A stretch of DNA of 64,000 nucleotides from an uncultured delta proteobacterium (GTDB lineage: Bacteria; Desulfobacterota; Binatia; UBA9968). Below are positions 54,243-64,000 of this stretch, piece after piece. Position numbers and translations under genes: made by a program. Each line of letters begins with the position of its first letter. Position 1 is the stretch's first letter. The notes under the pieces are model-generated. The model saw only the letters and a list, made by a program, of their open reading frames with translations, searched no databases and was not told the DNA's origin. The stretch lies in NCBI GenBank assembly GCA_963771465.1, contig CAVYTU010000015.1, positions 1,088,001 through 1,152,000 on the forward strand. The letters run 5' to 3'.

Positions 54243-57200
54243 ATGGACCAAAGCAGTTTTAGCAATAGCGATCCGTCGATTCTCTTGCTCAACGAGATTG
54301 AGATCCTGCTGGCGCAGACCCGGCTCATGGAACTCTATCTCAAACAGGCCCAAGCCACAGCGGCCAATGAAGCCGCACGGGTCACTAAACAGCACCACGC
54401 CGAACTAACTACTTTGCGTGCCGCCCTGGCGGAAAAAGAAAATGTTGCACCGATTGTCGCGCCCGATCCCGAGCTCATTCAGCGGCTAGAAACCGTTGAA
54501 TCCGAGCTCGGCGCAAATCAACTGCTGCTCAGCCAGCGCAATCACGAGCTTGCCAGCGCGCAAGCGGATGCGGCAAGACTGCATGGCGAAATCGCCGAAC
54601 TGGAGATCGCGCGCCAGCTAGCTCAAACCGCCGCGCTCGAATCCACTAGAGCGGGGGAGAGTTTACAAACCGAACTGGCAACCCTACGCCAGGAGCTTGA
54701 AACCAAGCGGCATGAGTTCGCCGAACAGCAGCGCGATGCGCGGCAAATTGAGCACGGTCTGCGCCAGCACGTGACGCAACTACAGGGGGAGCTAAACGAC
54801 AAACAGAGCTGGTCGCAGAATGCGACTAACGAACTGGCGCAGAGCCGCAACGATATCGCCGCCTTGCGCGCGCGCGTCGCGGAGCTGGAGTCGCGCCGTC
54901 AGGAAGCGCAAAGCAGCGCGGCCCAAGAGCTCGAGCAGACGCGCGCGCGCTTCGAAGCGGAACTGGGCGAGTTGCGCACGGCACTGGGCGCCCGCTCGGA
55001 GGCCGAACAACACAGCCAAGCGGCACTCGTCCAGATCGAAGGAAATCTTAAGAGCGAGATTCTCACTCTCAAGAACCAACTTGAGCAAAAACAGCAGCAG
55101 CTCGTAAGCCGAGACGCCGATTGGCGCCAGACGCAAAGCGATCTCGCTGCGCTCAATCGGCACGTCGCCGAGCTCGACGAGGCCAATCGCCAAGCTGCGG
55201 TGGACGCAGCAGCGTTCGAAAAAGCCAAGCAATCCTACGAAACTGAGCTCGCCGAGCTGCATCACGAGATCGCGGTCAAAGAACGCGAACTGACGCAGCG
55301 CTATGAGGCCGTCACGGCGGTCGAGCTGGCCTTACATGGCAAAATTCAAGCCCTGCAGCACGATTTAGCGCGGAGCCACCATGAGCGCGCTAGCCAAGAA
55401 AGCGAACTCGACCAGGCCCGCGATGAAATCGCCAAGTTAGCCGCCCATGTTCGCGAGCTCGAAAGTGCCCGCGAGCAAGCCGAGTCGGTCGGCATGCGCG
55501 TCACCGAGGAAACCCGTCAGCGCCTCGAAGCCGAGCTGAACCGCCTGCACGCTTCCCTGGCGCAAAAGGAATATGCGCTCAAAGAACGGGAAAATGGCTA
55601 CAAAGCTCTCCAAGACCGGCTCACCGAGGAATCGCAGCAGTTAAGAAACCAGCTGGAAGAACAGCAAAAAAGTTTTGCCGCCGCCCATGCCGAACTGACT
55701 CTCGCGCAAGCTAAAATCGCCGCGCTCCAAGACGAGAGCAGCGCGCGCGACCGGGAACGCCAACAGGCCGAGGAAAACTGGCAGCGCTCCGGGATAATTC
55801 AGAAGGAACTGCAAGAACGCTTGCAAGCGCGCGGCGAAGAGCTGCAAGGCGCAAAGACCGCCGCGGACCAGCTGAAAGAACAGCTCCATAGCCAGCTCAA
55901 TGAGCTGCAATTGGAGCTAGCCCACAAACAGCTGTTGGCCGACAGCCGCGGCGCTGAAGTAAGCAATCTCCAGGATAATCTAGCTCAACTGGCGGAACAG
56001 CTAGCCCAAGTGGAATCGGGCCAGCACCAATCGGCGTCACGGCTGCGCGACGCGGAAGAGAGCCGGGCCGCACACCAGAACGAACTTACGGCGCTCAACG
56101 AAACTTACCGTCAGCAATTCCAGGCTTTGGAAAACCAACTCCAACGAGAGCAGGCGAATGCCGACGAGCTGCGCCATCTCGTTCAAGCGTTAGAGCGCCT
56201 AGCGAACCAGCGTGAAACCGAGGTCAATGAGAAAAGTCAGAGCCTCGACAGCGCAAAGATAGAAACGAGCAGCCTGCAGTCCCGCCTGGTTGCATTGGAA
56301 AGCCAACTCGCCCAAGAACGGGCGAGCACAAATCATTTGCATCTGCAGATTCAAGAGGTGGAGCGCTTGGCGAGCGAGCGCGAAACCGCACTGGACGAAA
56401 AAAGTTCCAGCCTTGACAGCATGCGCGCGCAGGCGAGCGCCGACCAGACTCGCCTGCATGAGCTCGAAAGCCAACTGAAAAAGCACCAGGCCGATGCCGG
56501 AGAAATCGAGCAAGCCCATAGCGCATTGGCGAGCGAGATCGATTCCCTGCGCCAGGAACTCCAAAGAAAAACCTGGGCCCTCGCCCAGCAGCAAGCGTCC
56601 GTCGAAAACCTCGCCCTCGCCCACAGAGAACAGATTCACAAGCTTGAAGGCCAACTCCATGAACAGCGCAGCAGCGCCACGGCGCACACGGGCGAGCTTG
56701 AAAATGCCCACGCGCAAGCCGAGACTTTGCGCCGGCGCATCGAAGAACTAGAAACCGCGCTGCGCCATGCCGAGATCGCGGCGCTGAGTCGCGCTGAGGA
56801 GTTGCTGCAGGAACATGCCGCACGGGATCAAGAGTTGACAACGGCGCTGCAGCAAAAAAGCTCCGAGGTCGAAGAACGCGGCGCGGCACAGACGCGACTG
56901 GAACAATCGTTACACGCGGAAATCGAGCGTCTGGTGCGCGAAGTCCAAGAGCGAAATCAGATATTGCAAAACCGCAACGACGAGCTGGTCCGGGTCAAAG
57001 CCGAGATGGATACCCTCCATGAACGGTTCACTCAACTGGAATTGTCAGCGGCGCAGTCCGACGCCGCTGCGCAGAACGAGTCCGAGCACATGCGCACGGA
57101 ATTTCAAGCCCAGCTCGCCTTACTGCAAGCCGAGCTCAGTCAAAAAGAGTGGGCCTTGGAAGAACGCCATGCGGTGGCAAGCGGCACGGAACAGGCGCTG

Positions 57201-57437
57201 CGCCAAGAAATCGACACGCTGCGCACCCAACTCGCGTCCCAGGCGAAAGTCAGCGAACGGGATGCCGACGCGTTTGTCATCGGCGACAGGGAGCTTAACC
57301 CGACACAACGGGAACACGCGGCAAATCTACATGAGATAAGCGATGGCGTCGACACCGGCGCATCGAGCTCCATGTCCGATGCACAGCAACGCCGCTGGCG
57401 CACCGGTTTCGCTTGGAAGCGGCGGTGGAAGGCGTAG
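54243..57437 (+). CDS. Very long coiled-coil protein
   Basis: About 1000 aa rich in E/Q/L/A/R with heptad pattern; no Walker motifs, hinge or TM helix. Confidence 0.85.
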   Translation: MDQSSFSNSDPSILLLNEIEILLAQTRLMELYLKQAQATAANEAARVTKQHHAELTTLRAALAEKENVAPIVAPDPELIQRLETVESELGANQLLLSQRNHELASAQADAARLHGEIAELEIARQLAQTAALESTRAGESLQTELATLRQELETKRHEFAEQQRDARQIEHGLRQHVTQLQGELNDKQSWSQNATNELAQSRNDIAALRARVAELESRRQEAQSSAAQELEQTRARFEAELGELRTALGARSEAEQHSQAALVQIEGNLKSEILTLKNQLEQKQQQLVSRDADWRQTQSDLAALNRHVAELDEANRQAAVDAAAFEKAKQSYETELAELHHEIAVKERELTQRYEAVTAVELALHGKIQALQHDLARSHHERASQESELDQARDEIAKLAAHVRELESAREQAESVGMRVTEETRQRLEAELNRLHASLAQKEYALKERENGYKALQDRLTEESQQLRNQLEEQQKSFAAAHAELTLAQAKIAALQDESSARDRERQQAEENWQRSGIIQKELQERLQARGEELQGAKTAADQLKEQLHSQLNELQLELAHKQLLADSRGAEVSNLQDNLAQLAEQLAQVESGQHQSASRLRDAEESRAAHQNELTALNETYRQQFQALENQLQREQANADELRHLVQALERLANQRETEVNEKSQSLDSAKIETSSLQSRLVALESQLAQERASTNHLHLQIQEVERLASERETALDEKSSSLDSMRAQASADQTRLHELESQLKKHQADAGEIEQAHSALASEIDSLRQELQRKTWALAQQQASVENLALAHREQIHKLEGQLHEQRSSATAHTGELENAHAQAETLRRRIEELETALRHAEIAALSRAEELLQEHAARDQELTTALQQKSSEVEERGAAQTRLEQSLHAEIERLVREVQERNQILQNRNDELVRVKAEMDTLHERFTQLELSAAQSDAAAQNESEHMRTEFQAQLALLQAELSQKEWALEERHAVASGTEQALRQEIDTLRTQLASQAKVSERDADAFVIGDRELNPTQREHAANLHEISDGVDTGASSSMSDAQQRRWRTGFAWKRRWKA

Positions 57438-57533
57438 AACGTTTTTAATATCGGCAGCCACCACGATGGCAGTACCAACTGACGCTTCGGGAGTGCGGGT
57501 TGCAACAGGCAGTGTGTTTGAGAAGGGAAAGCG

Positions 57534-58256
57534 ATGACTAAGACAGAACGCGTATCCACGGGTATCAGCGGACTTGACCCGTTTCTCGAAGGCGGATTTC
57601 CCAAAGGCCGGTCGATACTTGTGACTGGAGACCCGGGCACGGGGAAAACGATCTTCGCGCTGCAATTTCTTTTCGAAGGACTGAAGCACGGCGAAAAAGG
57701 CATCTTCGTCACTGCCGACGAGAGTCCCATGGACATCATCGAGCAAGGCGCGTCGATCGGCTGGGATTTGGAACCCTACATCGAGAGCAAAGAGTTGGCG
57801 ATCTTGAACGCCGGCGCCTACTTGAGCTCGCTGCCGAGCAACGGCAAAGATCGCCAAGTCGACGTTCAAAAAGCGATGAGCGATCTCGCCGGTTTCGTCG
57901 AACAGATCGGCGCCGAGCGGATGGTGCTCGATCCCGCCGGACCCTTTGTTCTGCTGCGCGATTCCGCTGCCCGTATCCAAGATCAGACGCGGCTGCTGAT
58001 CAAGCTTTTGCGCTCATCGATGAAGACGACCAACATTCTGACCTCCTACGCCGTGCCGCGCACGGGCGAGCGTTCGCTGCACGGCATCGAAGAATATCTC
58101 GTCGCCGGCGCCATCGTGCTGGAAATGATCTGGAAACAAGGCGATCTGGCGCGCAGTCTGATCGTCGAAAAAATGCGCTACACCGACGTCAAGCCCAAGC
58201 AGTTGGAATTCGATATCGTCAAAGGTCAAGGCATTACGCTGACGCCCTTCGACTGA
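57534..58256 (+). CDS. Single-domain KaiC/RAD55-like ATPase
   Basis: STGISGLD, GDPGTGKT, TADES, VLDP, IEEYL, EKMR. Confidence 0.88.
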   Translation: MTKTERVSTGISGLDPFLEGGFPKGRSILVTGDPGTGKTIFALQFLFEGLKHGEKGIFVTADESPMDIIEQGASIGWDLEPYIESKELAILNAGAYLSSLPSNGKDRQVDVQKAMSDLAGFVEQIGAERMVLDPAGPFVLLRDSAARIQDQTRLLIKLLRSSMKTTNILTSYAVPRTGERSLHGIEEYLVAGAIVLEMIWKQGDLARSLIVEKMRYTDVKPKQLEFDIVKGQGITLTPFD

Positions 58257-58283
58257 TCTGGCACTACGTAAATTATTGATCGA

Positions 58284-59069
58284 ATGACAAATCAACGCAT
58301 TTCTACGGGAATTGCCGGGCTCGACTCCTTGCTTCATGGCGGCTTCGTCAGGGGGCGCACCTATATTTTTACCGGCGACACCGGCAGCGGCAAAACCATC
58401 GCCTGTTTACAAATGCTCCAAGGCGCGCTGGCCGCCGGTGAAAAGGCGGTGTACGTCACGGTCGACGAACGGCCATCGGAAATCACCGATTCGGCGGCGG
58501 CGTTCGGCTGGAACCTCCAACCCCATATCCAAGATAAGAATTTGGCGATCCTAGATGCTTCACCCTATTTCAGCGGTCGATCACCGAGTGCCGGCGAGAA
58601 GGGCATCGACCCGCAGAAGATCGTCGCCGACTTGGGCAACTATGTAAGGCGGTTGAGCGCGACCCTACTGGTCATCGACCCTGTGACGCCGTTTATTTTG
58701 CCAAACGACGCCACCAGCCCGGCGCAAGACCAAGCGCGCGCCTTGATCAATTTATTGCAAACCCAACTGACCACGACCAATTTGTTGACGGCGCACTTCT
58801 CCAGCCGCGCCGATCAAGATCAGACCTGCGGCATTGAAGAGTTTTTGGCCTCCGGAGCTTTTTATCTAAAAATCGACAACAGCGCCGGCCAAGTTCAGCG
58901 CACATTAGCGATCCGCAAAATGCGCGGCACACCGGTGATGCCGGGCGATCATCATTTCGAAATGACAACCGCCGCCGGCATCGTCATCGCCAATCAGGGT
59001 TCCGCAAAGGTCTCGCCCCAGGAGGGCGCCAACCCGGTGTTTGAGTATTTCGAGCTTCCCAAGAAATAG
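58284..59069 (+). CDS. Single-domain KaiC/RAD55-like ATPase
   Basis: STGIAGLD, GDTGSGKT, TVDER, VIDP, IEEFL, RKMRGT. Confidence 0.88.
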   Translation: MTNQRISTGIAGLDSLLHGGFVRGRTYIFTGDTGSGKTIACLQMLQGALAAGEKAVYVTVDERPSEITDSAAAFGWNLQPHIQDKNLAILDASPYFSGRSPSAGEKGIDPQKIVADLGNYVRRLSATLLVIDPVTPFILPNDATSPAQDQARALINLLQTQLTTTNLLTAHFSSRADQDQTCGIEEFLASGAFYLKIDNSAGQVQRTLAIRKMRGTPVMPGDHHFEMTTAAGIVIANQGSAKVSPQEGANPVFEYFELPKK

Positions 59070-59145
59070 GCGGACGGCGATGATCTGAATCGCCGCACGA
59101 CCCACTCGCTATTGAGCCGATTTCCCGCCCTGCGCCAGCGCTTTC

Positions 59146-59174
59146 TTGACACCTCCCATTACGATGCTTAACTT
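59146..59174 (+). promoter_or_regulatory. Putative sigma-70 promoter of clpB
   Basis: TTGACA-N17-TAACTT. Confidence 0.5.
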
Positions 59175-59198
59175 CCCTGCACAGGCGGGGGAAATGCG

Positions 59199-61826
59199 AT
59201 GCGTTTAGATAAACTTACGACCAAATCACAGGAAGCGCTGCAGCAAGCGCAAACTCTTGCCGACAAGCGCAGTCACCAAGCGGTCGACGTCGAACATCTA
59301 TTGTTCGCGCTGCTAGGACAGAAGGAAGGCGTCGTTCTCGCGCTGCTGCAAAAACTCGGCGTGCCGCTCAACCCATTGACGGATAAGCTGCAAAAAGCCC
59401 TCGACCGTCTGCCGCAAGTCACCGGCGCAACCGGCCAAAGCTACATTACGCCACGGCTGAAAAAAGTCATCGAGAGCGCGGAAGCCGAAGCCGAGGCATT
59501 GAAAGACGAATATGTGTCCACCGAGCATTTGCTTCTCGCCATGGCGCAAGAGAGCGGCGACGCCGGTAAGATGCTCAAAGAGCTCGGCGCCGGCAAAGAC
59601 AAGATTTTGAATGCCCTCGTCAGCATTCGCGGCTCCCAGCGCATTACCGATCCCAATCCGGAAGAAAAGTATCAAGCGCTCGAAAAATACGGCCGCGATC
59701 TCACCGATCTGGCGCGTAAAGGGAAACTCGATCCGGTGATCGGCCGCGACGACGAAATCCGCCGCGTCATCCAAGTGCTGTCGCGCCGGACCAAGAATAA
59801 CCCCGTGCTGATCGGCGAGCCGGGCGTCGGCAAAACCGCCATCGTCGAAGGCTTGGCGCTACGCATCGTCAACGGCGACGTACCTGAAGGATTGAAAGAT
59901 AAAAAACTCATTGCGCTGGATCTCGGCGCTCTGGTCGCCGGGGCAAAATTCCGCGGCGAATTCGAAGACCGGCTCAAAGCCGTGCTCAAGGAAGTCACCG
60001 AAGCGAGCGGCGAGATCGTTCTGTTCATCGACGAGCTGCACACCTTGGTCGGCGCCGGCGCCGCTGAAGGCGCCATGGACGCGTCGAACATGCTCAAGCC
60101 GGCGCTCGCCCGTGGCGAGCTGCGCTGTGTCGGCGCGACCACGCTCGATGAATACCGTAAAAAAGTCGAGAAAGACCCGGCGCTGGAGCGGCGCTTTCAG
60201 CAAGTCTACGTCGGCGAACCTTCGGTCGAAGACACCATCGCGATTCTCCGCGGCTTGAAAGAACGCTACGAAGTGCATCATGGCGTGCGCATCACCGACG
60301 GCGCGATCATCGGCGCCGCGACATTGTCGCAGCGCTATATCAGCGACCGTTTCTTGCCCGACAAAGCAATCGATCTGATCGACGAAGCGGCGTCGCGGCT
60401 GAGAATCGAAATCGATAGCATGCCGCTGGAAATCGACGAGGTCGAACGCAAAATCATGCAGATGGAAATCGAGCGCCAAGCGCTCAAGCGTGAAGAGGAC
60501 AAAGCGTCCCAACAGCGTCTCGCCCAGCTCGAGCGGGAAATTCAAAATCTGAAGGAAACCTCAAGGGGCCTCAAGGCGCACTGGCAAAATGAAAAGGCGT
60601 CGATCCAACAGCTGCGCGAGCTCAAAGAAAAGATCGAGGCGACCAAAGTCGAAGAGCAAAAGGCGCAGCGGGACGGCAATCTGAACCGCGCCGCCGAATT
60701 GCGCTACGGTACGCTCAACCAGCTGCAAAAAGAGCTTGAGGACGCTAATCAAAAACTCATTGAGCTGCAGAAAAATCAAAAGATGCTCAAAGAAGAAGTT
60801 GACGCCGAAGACGTCGCCGAAGTGGTCGCCAAGTGGACGGGCATCCCGGTTGCGAAAATGCTCGAAGGCGAAGTGCAGAAACTTCTGACCATGGAAGACC
60901 GACTCAAACTTCGCGTCATCGGCCAGGACAGCGCGATCCACGCCGTGTCCAATGCCGTGCGCCGCGCGCGGGCGGGATTGCAGGATAGCAATCGGCCGAT
61001 TGGCTCATTCATTTTTCTCGGGCCAACCGGCGTCGGTAAAACTGAACTTTGCCGCGCGCTAGCGGAGTTCTTGTTCGACGACGAGCAGGCGATCGTCCGC
61101 CTGGATATGTCGGAGTACATGGAGAAACACTCCGTGTCGCGCTTGCTCGGCGCGCCTCCCGGCTACGTCGGCTACGATGAAGGCGGGCAATTGACCGAAG
61201 CGGTGCGCCGCCGGCCCTACTCCGTCGTCTTGTTCGACGAGATTGAAAAGGCTCATCCGGATGTCTTCAATGCGCTTTTGCAGGTGCTCGAAGACGGGCG
61301 GATGACCGACGGCCAAGGCCGCACCGTCGATTTCAAGAACACCGTCATCATCATGACTTCCAATCTCGGCAGTCAATTTATCCAAGAGCTCGGCGCAAAA
61401 GACCGCAAGGAAATGGAGCAGCGCGTCACTGCCGCTTTGCGCGAAGCCTTCAAGCCGGAGTTTTTGAATCGCGTCGATGAAACGATTATCTTCAGCAACC
61501 TCGGCCGTGATGAGATCAAGTCGATCGTCGAAATCCAGCTGAAACGTTTGCGCCGGAATCTCGCTAATCGCAAGTTGTTATTGGAAATCACCGAGCAAGC
61601 CAAGGCGCTGCTCGCCGACAAGGGCTACGATCCGGCGTACGGCGCCCGCCCGCTCAAGCGAACCATCCAACGACTGATTCAGGATCCGCTGGCGGTTAAG
61701 ATTCTCGCCGGAGAATTCAAAGAGGGCGACCGGGTAAAAATCGATGTTGACAATGACGAGCTAAACTTCAGCCGTGGCCAAGCGGCGGCGCCGGATGAAA
61801 CTTACGAGCAAAGGACGATCCATTGA
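59199..61826 (+). CDS. clpB: Chaperone protein ClpB
   Basis: Two AAA+ domains ([16 protein letters not shown]), long middle coiled coil with [17 protein letters not shown]. Confidence 0.97.
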   Translation: MRLDKLTTKSQEALQQAQTLADKRSHQAVDVEHLLFALLGQKEGVVLALLQKLGVPLNPLTDKLQKALDRLPQVTGATGQSYITPRLKKVIESAEAEAEALKDEYVSTEHLLLAMAQESGDAGKMLKELGAGKDKILNALVSIRGSQRITDPNPEEKYQALEKYGRDLTDLARKGKLDPVIGRDDEIRRVIQVLSRRTKNNPVLIGEPGVGKTAIVEGLALRIVNGDVPEGLKDKKLIALDLGALVAGAKFRGEFEDRLKAVLKEVTEASGEIVLFIDELHTLVGAGAAEGAMDASNMLKPALARGELRCVGATTLDEYRKKVEKDPALERRFQQVYVGEPSVEDTIAILRGLKERYEVHHGVRITDGAIIGAATLSQRYISDRFLPDKAIDLIDEAASRLRIEIDSMPLEIDEVERKIMQMEIERQALKREEDKASQQRLAQLEREIQNLKETSRGLKAHWQNEKASIQQLRELKEKIEATKVEEQKAQRDGNLNRAAELRYGTLNQLQKELEDANQKLIELQKNQKMLKEEVDAEDVAEVVAKWTGIPVAKMLEGEVQKLLTMEDRLKLRVIGQDSAIHAVSNAVRRARAGLQDSNRPIGSFIFLGPTGVGKTELCRALAEFLFDDEQAIVRLDMSEYMEKHSVSRLLGAPPGYVGYDEGGQLTEAVRRRPYSVVLFDEIEKAHPDVFNALLQVLEDGRMTDGQGRTVDFKNTVIIMTSNLGSQFIQELGAKDRKEMEQRVTAALREAFKPEFLNRVDETIIFSNLGRDEIKSIVEIQLKRLRRNLANRKLLLEITEQAKALLADKGYDPAYGARPLKRTIQRLIQDPLAVKILAGEFKEGDRVKIDVDNDELNFSRGQAAAPDETYEQRTIH

Positions 61827-61834
61827 GCCCGGCG

Positions 61835-61987
61835 GTGAAAAAAATTCCCATCGGGCTGGCGCGGGTGCGCAAAGAGTTGCCGCCGCCAAGCAAAGTCTTT
61901 AAGAGCAAGCACAAAGACAGCCGCAAACGCGCCAAAGAAAAGCTTCAGCGCGAGATCGACGAAACCTTGCCGCGTCATTCTCGATAG
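61835..61987 (+). CDS. Small basic 50-aa protein (not in ORF track)
   Basis: GTG 8 nt after the clpB stop; MKKIPIGLARVRKELPPPSKVFKSKHKDSRKRAKEKLQREIDETLPRHSR; fills the gap before the terminator. Confidence 0.55.
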   Translation: MKKIPIGLARVRKELPPPSKVFKSKHKDSRKRAKEKLQREIDETLPRHSR

Positions 61988-62007
61988 TTTTCGCCCCCAT
62001 CGATTTC

Positions 62008-62047
62008 ATAGGAGGCAGCCGAGTTCGGCTGCCTCCTATATTTTTTT
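62008..62047 (+). terminator. Rho-independent terminator
   Basis: ataggaggcagccg-agtt-cggctgcctcctat followed by a T run. Confidence 0.88.
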
Positions 62048-62176
62048 ATCGCTCCAGCTTTTGTGTGAATCATTTGCTAAACTCAACCCGGCTCCAGCAC
62101 CACGAAGTTCACCAAGGACACGTGCTCTTCGTGGTGACAATTCATTCCCAGCCAATTCAAAAGTTTCATTTTCGAC

Positions 62177-63625
62177 ATGCCTGATTCACCCATTACCGAC
62201 CAAGAACGGCGCCATTCCCGGCTGGTGCTCTATCAAGTCTCGCTCGGACTGGTTCTGGTCGCGATCAACCACCGGGCGATCCAAGTGGCGCTGCCGACCC
62301 TCACCCATGTGTTTCATACCGACTTATCTTTTATCCAATGGGTACTCTTGGTCTACGACCTCGCAGTCATCGGCTTGGTGCTCACACTCGGCCGGCTCGG
62401 CGACCTGTTTGGCCGCAAATGGATTTACCTCATCGGTTTTTTAGCTTTTGTCGTGAGCTCCGCGCTCTGCGGCCTGGCGCAATCGCCGACACAGCTCATC
62501 GCGTTTCGCGCGCTGCAAGGTATCGCCGGCGCCATGATCATGGCCAACGGCCGCGCCCTGGTGACGGTCAACTCGCCGCCGTCGGAGCGCGGCAAAGCGC
62601 TCGGCTTTACGTCGATGGCGTTTCACGTCGGTTATATCACCGGTCCGACCCTCGGCGGTTTCGTTATCGATGCGGCGGGTTGGCGCTGGATTTTTTTTCT
62701 GACCACGCCGATCGGGTTGGCCTGCGCTTATTTCGGCTGGAGGGTCTTGAAAGAACGAGCGTCAAGCGACGAACCTATTAAAGTCGACTTTGCCGGCGCC
62801 GCCTACCTATTGCTCACCAATGTCTGTTTCATCTACGCGCTCAATCGGCTGCCGCACCAGGGCCCACGCGATCTCCTCGTGATTACGTTTTTCATCGTCG
62901 CAGCGGCAACTTTGTGGCTGTTCATTCGTACCGAGCAAAGAGCCGAGACGCCCATCTTAAGCCTGGCGCTGTTTGAAAATCGACTTTTTACGGCGGCCAA
63001 TCTGAGTCTATTCTTTTTAACCTCGACCCAAGCCGCCATCAGCGTACTGATTCCGTTCTACTTGCAGAATCTCATGGGCTTCACGCCGACGCAGATGGGC
63101 TGGATATTGATCGGCGGTTCCGCCGTGATCATCCTGCTTGCTCCAGTGGCAGGCCGCTTGTCCGATCGCTTCGGTTCGCGCATCCTATGCAGCGTCGGCG
63201 CCGCGATTATGGTTGTCGGTCAATATTTCATCGCGTCGCTTACGCTGCGCTCCACGGTATTTCAAATGATCTTCCCGCAGCTTCTGATCGGCCTGGGCTG
63301 GGCGCTATTCAACTCGCCGAACCAGAGCGCGATCATGAGCACCGTGCCGCGCGACAAAGTCGGCGCCGCCTCCGGCATGACCCTGACGACGGCAAGAATC
63401 GGCGGCGCCATGGGCATCGCGATTTCCGGCGCGATCATGACTTACGCGCTCGGTACCTACGGCCTCACACCCGAACAGATCGAATCGCCGGCGAGCTGGA
63501 CCGCGGCGCCGGAAATTTTCTTAAAGTCGTTCAGCTTCACCGCCCATATGATCAACGCTTTTGCGATTCTCTCAGTGGTTTTTTCCGCCATGCGCGGCTC
63601 TCAACAAGAAGACGGTAGACCCTGA
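62177..63625 (+). CDS. MFS transporter, DHA2 (14-TM) family
   Basis: GRLGDLFGRK motif A, GPTLGG, WRWIF, second GRLSDRFG. Confidence 0.9.
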   Translation: MPDSPITDQERRHSRLVLYQVSLGLVLVAINHRAIQVALPTLTHVFHTDLSFIQWVLLVYDLAVIGLVLTLGRLGDLFGRKWIYLIGFLAFVVSSALCGLAQSPTQLIAFRALQGIAGAMIMANGRALVTVNSPPSERGKALGFTSMAFHVGYITGPTLGGFVIDAAGWRWIFFLTTPIGLACAYFGWRVLKERASSDEPIKVDFAGAAYLLLTNVCFIYALNRLPHQGPRDLLVITFFIVAAATLWLFIRTEQRAETPILSLALFENRLFTAANLSLFFLTSTQAAISVLIPFYLQNLMGFTPTQMGWILIGGSAVIILLAPVAGRLSDRFGSRILCSVGAAIMVVGQYFIASLTLRSTVFQMIFPQLLIGLGWALFNSPNQSAIMSTVPRDKVGAASGMTLTTARIGGAMGIAISGAIMTYALGTYGLTPEQIESPASWTAAPEIFLKSFSFTAHMINAFAILSVVFSAMRGSQQEDGRP

Positions 63626-63639
63626 ATACCCCGTGTAAA

Positions 63640-64000
63640 GTGACCGACGATCAAACACGCACGAAGCGCGCCTCGCACCTGATCTTACTCAGCGTTTGCA
63701 TCGGCCAGGCGCTGGTCGGACTCGATCAGCGGGCGATCACAGTGGCGCTGCCGACGCTGACGAAAATTTTCGACACACCGTTCACGACGATCCAGTGGAC
63801 CATATTAATTTACGATTTGGTCTTGATCGGCCTGATCATCACCATGGGCCGGCTCGGCGATCTGTTCGGCCGGCGCCGTTTCTACACCGTCGGTTTTTTG
63901 ATCTTCGTTACCGCGTCCGCGATCTGTGGCGTGACCCAAACGACCGGCCAGCTGATTTTTTTCCGTGCGGTTCAAGCGCTCGGCGGATCGATGATCGCGG
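63640..64000 (+). CDS. Second DHA2 MFS transporter (partial, runs off right edge)
   Basis: Manual translation: LDQRAITVALPTL...GRLGDLFGRRR...FRAVQALGGSMIA; paralog of the upstream gene. Confidence 0.88.
   Translation, partial: MTDDQTRTKRASHLILLSVCIGQALVGLDQRAITVALPTLTKIFDTPFTTIQWTILIYDLVLIGLIITMGRLGDLFGRRRFYTVGFLIFVTASAICGVTQTTGQLIFFRAVQALGGSMIA

Noticed and set aside
54243-57437. SMC/SbcC or phage tape-measure protein
   Set aside because: No ATPase head or hinge motifs and no phage genes in context.
57534-59069. Circadian kaiC or gas-vesicle gvpD call
   Set aside because: Single-domain proteins with no kaiA/kaiB or gvp genes nearby, so no symbol was assigned.

Overview
Bacterial genomic DNA with two distinct halves. 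Positions 1-30.6 kb are the upstream part of a tightly coupled minus-strand NRPS operon that runs off the left edge. In transcription order it reads: A*-T-C-A(Ala)-T, four stand-alone A*-T didomains, C-A(Ser)-T, three more A*-T didomains, a collapsed A-T remnant, an oxalate-CoA-ligase-like domain fused to a carrier protein, an Oxc/HACL-type ThDP enzyme, C-A(Gln)-T, and a partial C domain. The eight A* domains all lack the amino-binding Asp of motif A4, have divergent pockets and share a conserved N-terminal extension. The seven stand-alone A*-T proteins carry the same C-terminal docking helix as the elongation modules. This suggests an assembly line with interchangeable non-amino-acid starter modules, and possibly an oxalate-derived formyl or oxalyl unit; it is the best candidate for an undescribed system. 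Positions 31-64 kb look like core genome: three amidohydrolases, an ECF sigma/anti-sigma envelope locus with an unannotated 36-aa lipoprotein, F420 genes (cofG, cofD, cofC, cofE, npdG), a GluR0-like channel with an altered filter, recD2, a CNNM/CorC protein, hisC, a 1064-aa coiled-coil protein with two single-domain KaiC-like ATPases, clpB and tandem MFS transporters. Gene content is reminiscent of Candidatus Binatia or a related deltaproteobacteria-like lineage (inference only). No rRNA, tRNA, CRISPR array or transposase was seen. All calls were made by eye from motifs; no database searches were run.
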